A stretch of DNA of 64,000 bases. Source: Cystobasidiomycetes sp. EMM_F5. Lineage: Eukaryota. The position numbers and the translations under genes are program-made. This document shows, one piece after another, positions 59,094-64,000 of this stretch (within the stretch, counting starts at the first letter, position 1; every line of letters starts with the position of its first letter). The notes beneath the pieces are model-generated. The model was not told the origin of the DNA. It saw only the letters and a list, made by a program, of their open reading frames with translations, and did no database searches. Where the stretch lies: positions 434,001-498,000 of the forward strand of contig JBPGPT010000011.1 of the NCBI GenBank assembly GCA_051047955.1, read 5' to 3'.

Positions 59094-59797
59094 GGCGTTC
59101 AAAAAGCGCGTAAAAGAACGCCGCCATCACTGCTAGGACTTCAAAGACTCTCCCCCGTTACCTCTCTGGGTGACCATGCCATGCCGTGCAGTCATTCCTC
59201 CCAGATACCGCAGAGATCCTGACAGTTTTCAGTGGCGGACAGAGTAAAGGGGTCACGGGTAAAGAGCGCGGTGGTCATGCGGACGTGGCAGGTAAGTATA
59301 CAGGAATACACCAGAGTGACGAGCATTGACGTGCGAGTGCAGTCATCGAGCGGAATGCCAGCAAAGATGGCTCGAGGACGATTGAAAGAAGGAAGAATAA
59401 GAAAGCGGAGATTGCGAAATCGTTCAAGCAGCGCGAAGCTGCGCGTATAGCTTACGAGTGTCCAGCTCCTCGGAATTACCGTGTTCTTTGCAAATTCTTC
59501 ACCCCCATTATTGCGTCAAGGTGATCTCGTGACACCGCCCCCTTTTTTCGGGGGATGAATTATTTGGGCGATGCTCAGGCGACAGAGAGGCTGCGAGTGC
59601 TCTGCCTTGTGTGAACAGAGCGCATTAGGGTGTCATTAACAACCCATACCATGGTCTTATAGCCCCTGCTTCTTCGACTAGTCGACCATCAACAAATCAT
59701 CAACAAACACCAACAACCCCGCCAGCTCGCATCCAGCCATCGCCTATTTTGCTCCTCGGATTTCATCACCCACCTCCCGTCTCACCCACAAATCACC

Positions 59798-60568
59798 ATG
59801 TCTCTCCAAGAACTGCTCGTCGAGCCAGAGGACAAGGCCGCAAAGCTCAAAAACATGTGCCAATTTCATGCAAACCTGGCAGACAAGGTCCACCATCTCT
59901 ACATGGACAATGCAATGGCGGGCACCTACCAGGTGAGTTGAATGCGCGTCGTATCTTGGTTGTGGTTGTGTGGAGGTAGCGAGGCAGCTCAGGTTGTCGT
60001 TGTCGCCTGGCTGTACTCACCCACGCACCTCTCCAGTCGCGTCGAGCCGTTTTCAACAATTGCTGACAAGGTTGCAATTTATTCGCAGGAACCCTTTGAT
60101 GCAGAGCTAAAGGAGTACGGGAAACGCCAAAGCGAAACGCACGAACAGTACTGCAATCGTCTGCTGATGAAGTCTGAAGAACTGCGCGAGCAAGCCCTGG
60201 AAGAAGACAAGGAGGCAGCAAACGTTGAGGCTGAAGTCATCCCCCAAATCGTATGCGACTATCAGTGGTGCGTATTTAATGTTTTCCTCTGCTCTTGCCC
60301 AGGCTGACTTTTGACGCTTTTGCCGTTTATGCCTTATCTTATCTTTTGTTTATCGCCTGGCCACATTGGTCGCAACGTCTCGTGCACCTCGACACACAGC
60401 GGTCAGCGCCGCAGAACAGCTAGCATGAAGCGTCCCAATCCATTCGGCGGCATGTGTGAGTCGTGACGCCTATTCGACGCGCATTTCACCAATGACTGAA
60501 TATGATACGATGCCTCGACAGCTCCCTTTACGGAACCAGAGGAGCTCCATTTCCGTAACCCCGTCTAA
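59798..60568 (+). CDS. Small four-exon protein of unknown function (~140 aa)
   Basis: CACC-ATG start after a CAA-rich leader. GT-AG introns at 59933-60088, 60268-60399 and about 60456-60521 give a continuous frame MSLQELL...FRNPV*. Confidence 0.55.
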
Positions 60569-60994
60569 ACCCAGTAAGACGCAATCTGTAGCCGTGTCTT
60601 TCCAATTCTGTGTAGCCCTTATACTCTTCCACCCGTACACGGACACAGTTCATCACCGCATTCCAGTCTCTATCCATGCTTGTTCGCCAGGAACGAATGC
60701 AAGGTCAATGAGACTGTGATATCACTCACTTTCGAACCTTCGAGCCTCATCCTTTTCGTTGTGTGCTTGTACGCTAGCTTTGCTGCAATCGTATGCACAG
60801 ATCGGGCGCATTCAATCAGCAAGACTGTGACGGACTTAATGACATGTCAGGGAAGAAGAATGAAGACCATTTGCCGCTGTAATGTCGAGACTGGGTTTGG
60901 TGTTTGTGTGACGTCCGCGTAGAGTTGTAGCTGTTCACCAAACCGACAGACCATGATTACCAGGTGATATGCCGCGAATGAATGATGGCCTGTG

Positions 60995-63900
60995 ATGGAC
61001 CATAACGCAGACGATATGCAAAGGCAGCAAGATATTCCCATCCCCATAGACGGCTTCGACAGCTTCATTGTTGAGCAGATACGCCCCGAGCTGCAGCAGC
61101 CATCACTGTGGCCTGGGCCGATACAGCAGCCAGCGAGCACAGGCAGCAGTACTGTTCAGGATAGCAGCAAGGGACACTCCAAGCCTCCTCGCAAGCAGAA
61201 ACGAAAGCAGTTCTCGAGTTGCGATACCTGCGTCAGTAACGCCTAGGCTATTTCAGGCAGGTCAGGTCTGACGATGTCGAGCAGCGTCTGAGAAAGATAC
61301 GGTGCATCAAGGAAGACAAGAATGTATCATGTATGCTGGGCTTATGACTATAATGCCACTCGTTGGCACCGAAGACTGATGAAGCCTGTTCTTGCTTCAT
61401 ATCAACAATACGCTGTCGTAAACTTGTCTAGGCAACAGCTGCCTTTCAAAAGGCATCATTTGCACCAACGCGTTCGTGGTCGAACATCATCTCAGCAAAG
61501 GAAAACGCATCGAAACTGCCCGGCACAATTACGGGACATCCTTTGCTCCAACCAGTGCTACTCAGCAACTGTTGAACGAAGTCGTCACGTCATCGCACGA
61601 AAACGAGGGCTCATTAATTAATGCAGACGGAGAGAGAGTGTACGGCGGTCTCAGCGAAGCGTTGATACGCGCCAGGATCTTTGCAGGAGCGACACCCTAC
61701 CCTTCCCAGTGGGATCAGACGATATCGGGATGGTCACCCAACCAGAATCATAATCTGTATCAGAAAATGCTGTCTACGTCGACACTCAAGTCCTTTCTGC
61801 GATTCTACTTGAATGATATTCATAAATGGATACCGGTACTTGACGTAAGTAGGACCCCTAATTTCAGAGCCATTCGTCCAGTTGACCCAGACGTGTACCC
61901 GAATGATACTGCACAGTATGAGCGCCTCTTCAATGCTTGCAATAATGCCAACTTTGATATATCTCGCTTGGATGACCTCGACAGAGTGAGTCTAGTCAAT
62001 GTCTCCCAACCCCGTCGAGCTATTGTCCATGGGCATTGACCGTCTACCGTGACTGTTAGATTCTCTGCCTAACGGTGTCAACATCTGCGTCCCGGCTACA
62101 AGGTCTTGATCTTACTCACCCAGATGCCCCACAAGAGCTGACATTGGATAGAAGGAGCGCTTTTAGCAAGACAATGTACAACCAGCTACTGTCAGAGTCT
62201 GATGATGCCGGATTGATGCGTAAACCTTCCATACGAAGCATGCAAGCGCTTCGGATCATGTGCACCATCGCGTCAGGTGAGTCAGATTGCCGGGAAATTT
62301 TCATGATCCGTACCTCTGTTTACCCTCTGGTTATAATCAGGCGAGTCGGCACGCGAAGGCAGGCGGTCGAGCAATTACAAGAATTTCTTCACTTCATACG
62401 CGCAACACATGCGCGACCTGTACGACTCGGGCGAGCTCGAGGAACCATACACATCCATTCACTTCTGGTCGAGCGTTATTTCCGACTCGCTTGGAGCCGC
62501 ATCGTCTGGCAATCAGCCGGCATTCACGGCGGATGACTTTGCCAACTATGCGTCGTGGATGACATCGGACACTCAGGGAATGATCGACATGATTCGAGCG
62601 TTGACGTGAGTGACTCGACACTCAACGGCTGTAGAGACAGTAGACTGAACTTGTGCGGTTACCTGTGTCGATCGTATAGTATCGACAACGGTCCGGACGT
62701 TGGGTGGGGCCTGATCTTCGGCAATACGTGCATGCTGGCGCGCCAATACTGCTCGAAGGTCTCTTCGACTAAAGCCCGCAAGAGGCCGTTTCTTGATATC
62801 GAGTTTATGCTGGAAATACCTAACGAGAACGAACGCTTACACAATATACTGCTGGTATACGAAGATAAGCTCAACCACTTATTCGGCGAGGATGGTTGGC
62901 CAGAGCACTTTCGAGCTTGGTCAAAGACAGCTCGTTTCCTGTGTGAGCTTATTGTCGATTTCGTACTTTTCTAGGCTGACGAAAGCGATGCTGTAGTCAA
63001 CTACATGGACACGCTTTGCTTAGATGAGCTCGACAGCGAATTGTCACGGGAGCTATCCAAGCCACAGCCTTCCATGCAACGTTTATGGAATATACAAAAC
63101 GCCTTCCAGATCTTTCAAAATCGATTCATCAAAGATGTGAACATCGTGCGTCAGGAGACTGTTCAGCGGCCTATACCTCGCAGCGTTGGTTTCTCGGACG
63201 CTTTCATGAGCTACACTGTCGTCACTAAGCTCAGACGGATACTCAAGACGCCCAGCCTGGAAGAAGGTGGCGGCATACTAGATTGGCCAATGTCCGCAAA
63301 GCTTGATGCCGCTCAAGGTGCGTACGCTTATCACCTCTGTCCTGACATTTGACCGACGTTCGATTTATCACAGGCACGTTGCGAATCGCGACTGCCTTTG
63401 GATATGCAGTGTGAGGCAATTTGTCAAAAGTATTTCTCGTCGTTATCCTGATTTGTGGCGATGGATGCCTTACAGTGAACATATAGCAGAGGATCTCCCT
63501 GCCCTTTCCTCTGCTGTCTCAGATCTAGTGGCTGATGCGAGAAAGCGGAACTTGGCAGTGGATGACAGGAATCCGCAGGTCACATCAGCCGTTGCCCCAT
63601 CCAAAGCAATGACATCGCTTTCAAATGGATCACCGTCACGCTATGGCCTGTACGTTCAACCTCAGGCGCATGTCGAGCCTTCCTCGAATGTTCCACCCTC
63701 CTTCACGGACGTGTGGCAGGCACTTCATCCAACGCGTTTTGAGGACGTAACGGAACATGTCCCGGTGCAGTTGCTGCAGCAGCAGCCGACCGCAACCATG
63801 GGCAACTTCCCTCAACCCGCAAGCCTCGGCACGTCACCTGGCAGCTCCGCACATTTGAGCCCAGCAGTATTAGACAGCTTGTCGTCTTCAACTGCATCTG

Positions 63901-64000
63901 CATCTGCGTCAACTGCGTCATCAAGCGGCTATACTACCCTGTTGGAAGAGGCGCAACAAATCCTGCCTCACATATTTCCGGGACAACCTTTGGCTACCCC
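60995..64000 (+). CDS. Zn(II)2Cys6 transcription factor with fungal middle-homology region (3' end uncertain or off window)
   Basis: Spliced KRKQFSSCDTCRLRKIRCIKEDKNVSCNSCLSKGIIC, followed by FYLNDIHKWIPVLD. Confidence 0.9.

Noticed and set aside
1..64000. TAG codon reassignment, CRISPR arrays, tRNA/rRNA genes, transposons
   Set aside because: Conserved genes terminate at TAG and showed no internal stops after splicing. I saw no repeat-spacer arrays, cloverleafs, transposase or RT domains, or terminal repeats, though by eye an intron-containing tRNA could be missed.

Overview
Intron-rich fungal DNA. Short 50-70 nt introns, CTRAC branch sites and the gene content point to a basidiomycete, plausibly Pucciniomycotina (inference). 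The six-frame ORFs are mostly exon fragments, so I rebuilt spliced gene models by hand. The window holds about 30 genes. Conserved genes: MFS sugar porter (partial), IST3/RBMX2, RPN2, complex I 75-kDa subunit, SHB17-like phosphatase, NAD-dependent epimerase, RhoGEF, CCC1/VIT1, HEI10, DmpA peptidase, peroxisomal thiolase, SLX4, FPGS, ArfGAP, DDHD phospholipase, fructosamine kinase and a Zn2Cys6 factor. Three tandem arrays of genes I cannot assign to a family sit among them: (i) three intronless M-x-W paralogs at 7.2-10.7 kb, one with an in-frame TAG before a 116-codon paralog-like tail; (ii) four multi-exon 7TM/GPCR-like paralogs at 18.5-28.3 kb, one with a single frameshift; (iii) three small Cys-rich zinc-finger-like genes at 30.0-32.8 kb, one with an in-frame TAG directly before an intact finger. 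Splice signals are relaxed: a candidate GA-AG intron in FPGS, several GC donors, many AAG acceptors and one GAG acceptor, concentrated in meiotic HEI10. I recognised no rRNA, tRNA, CRISPR array or transposon.
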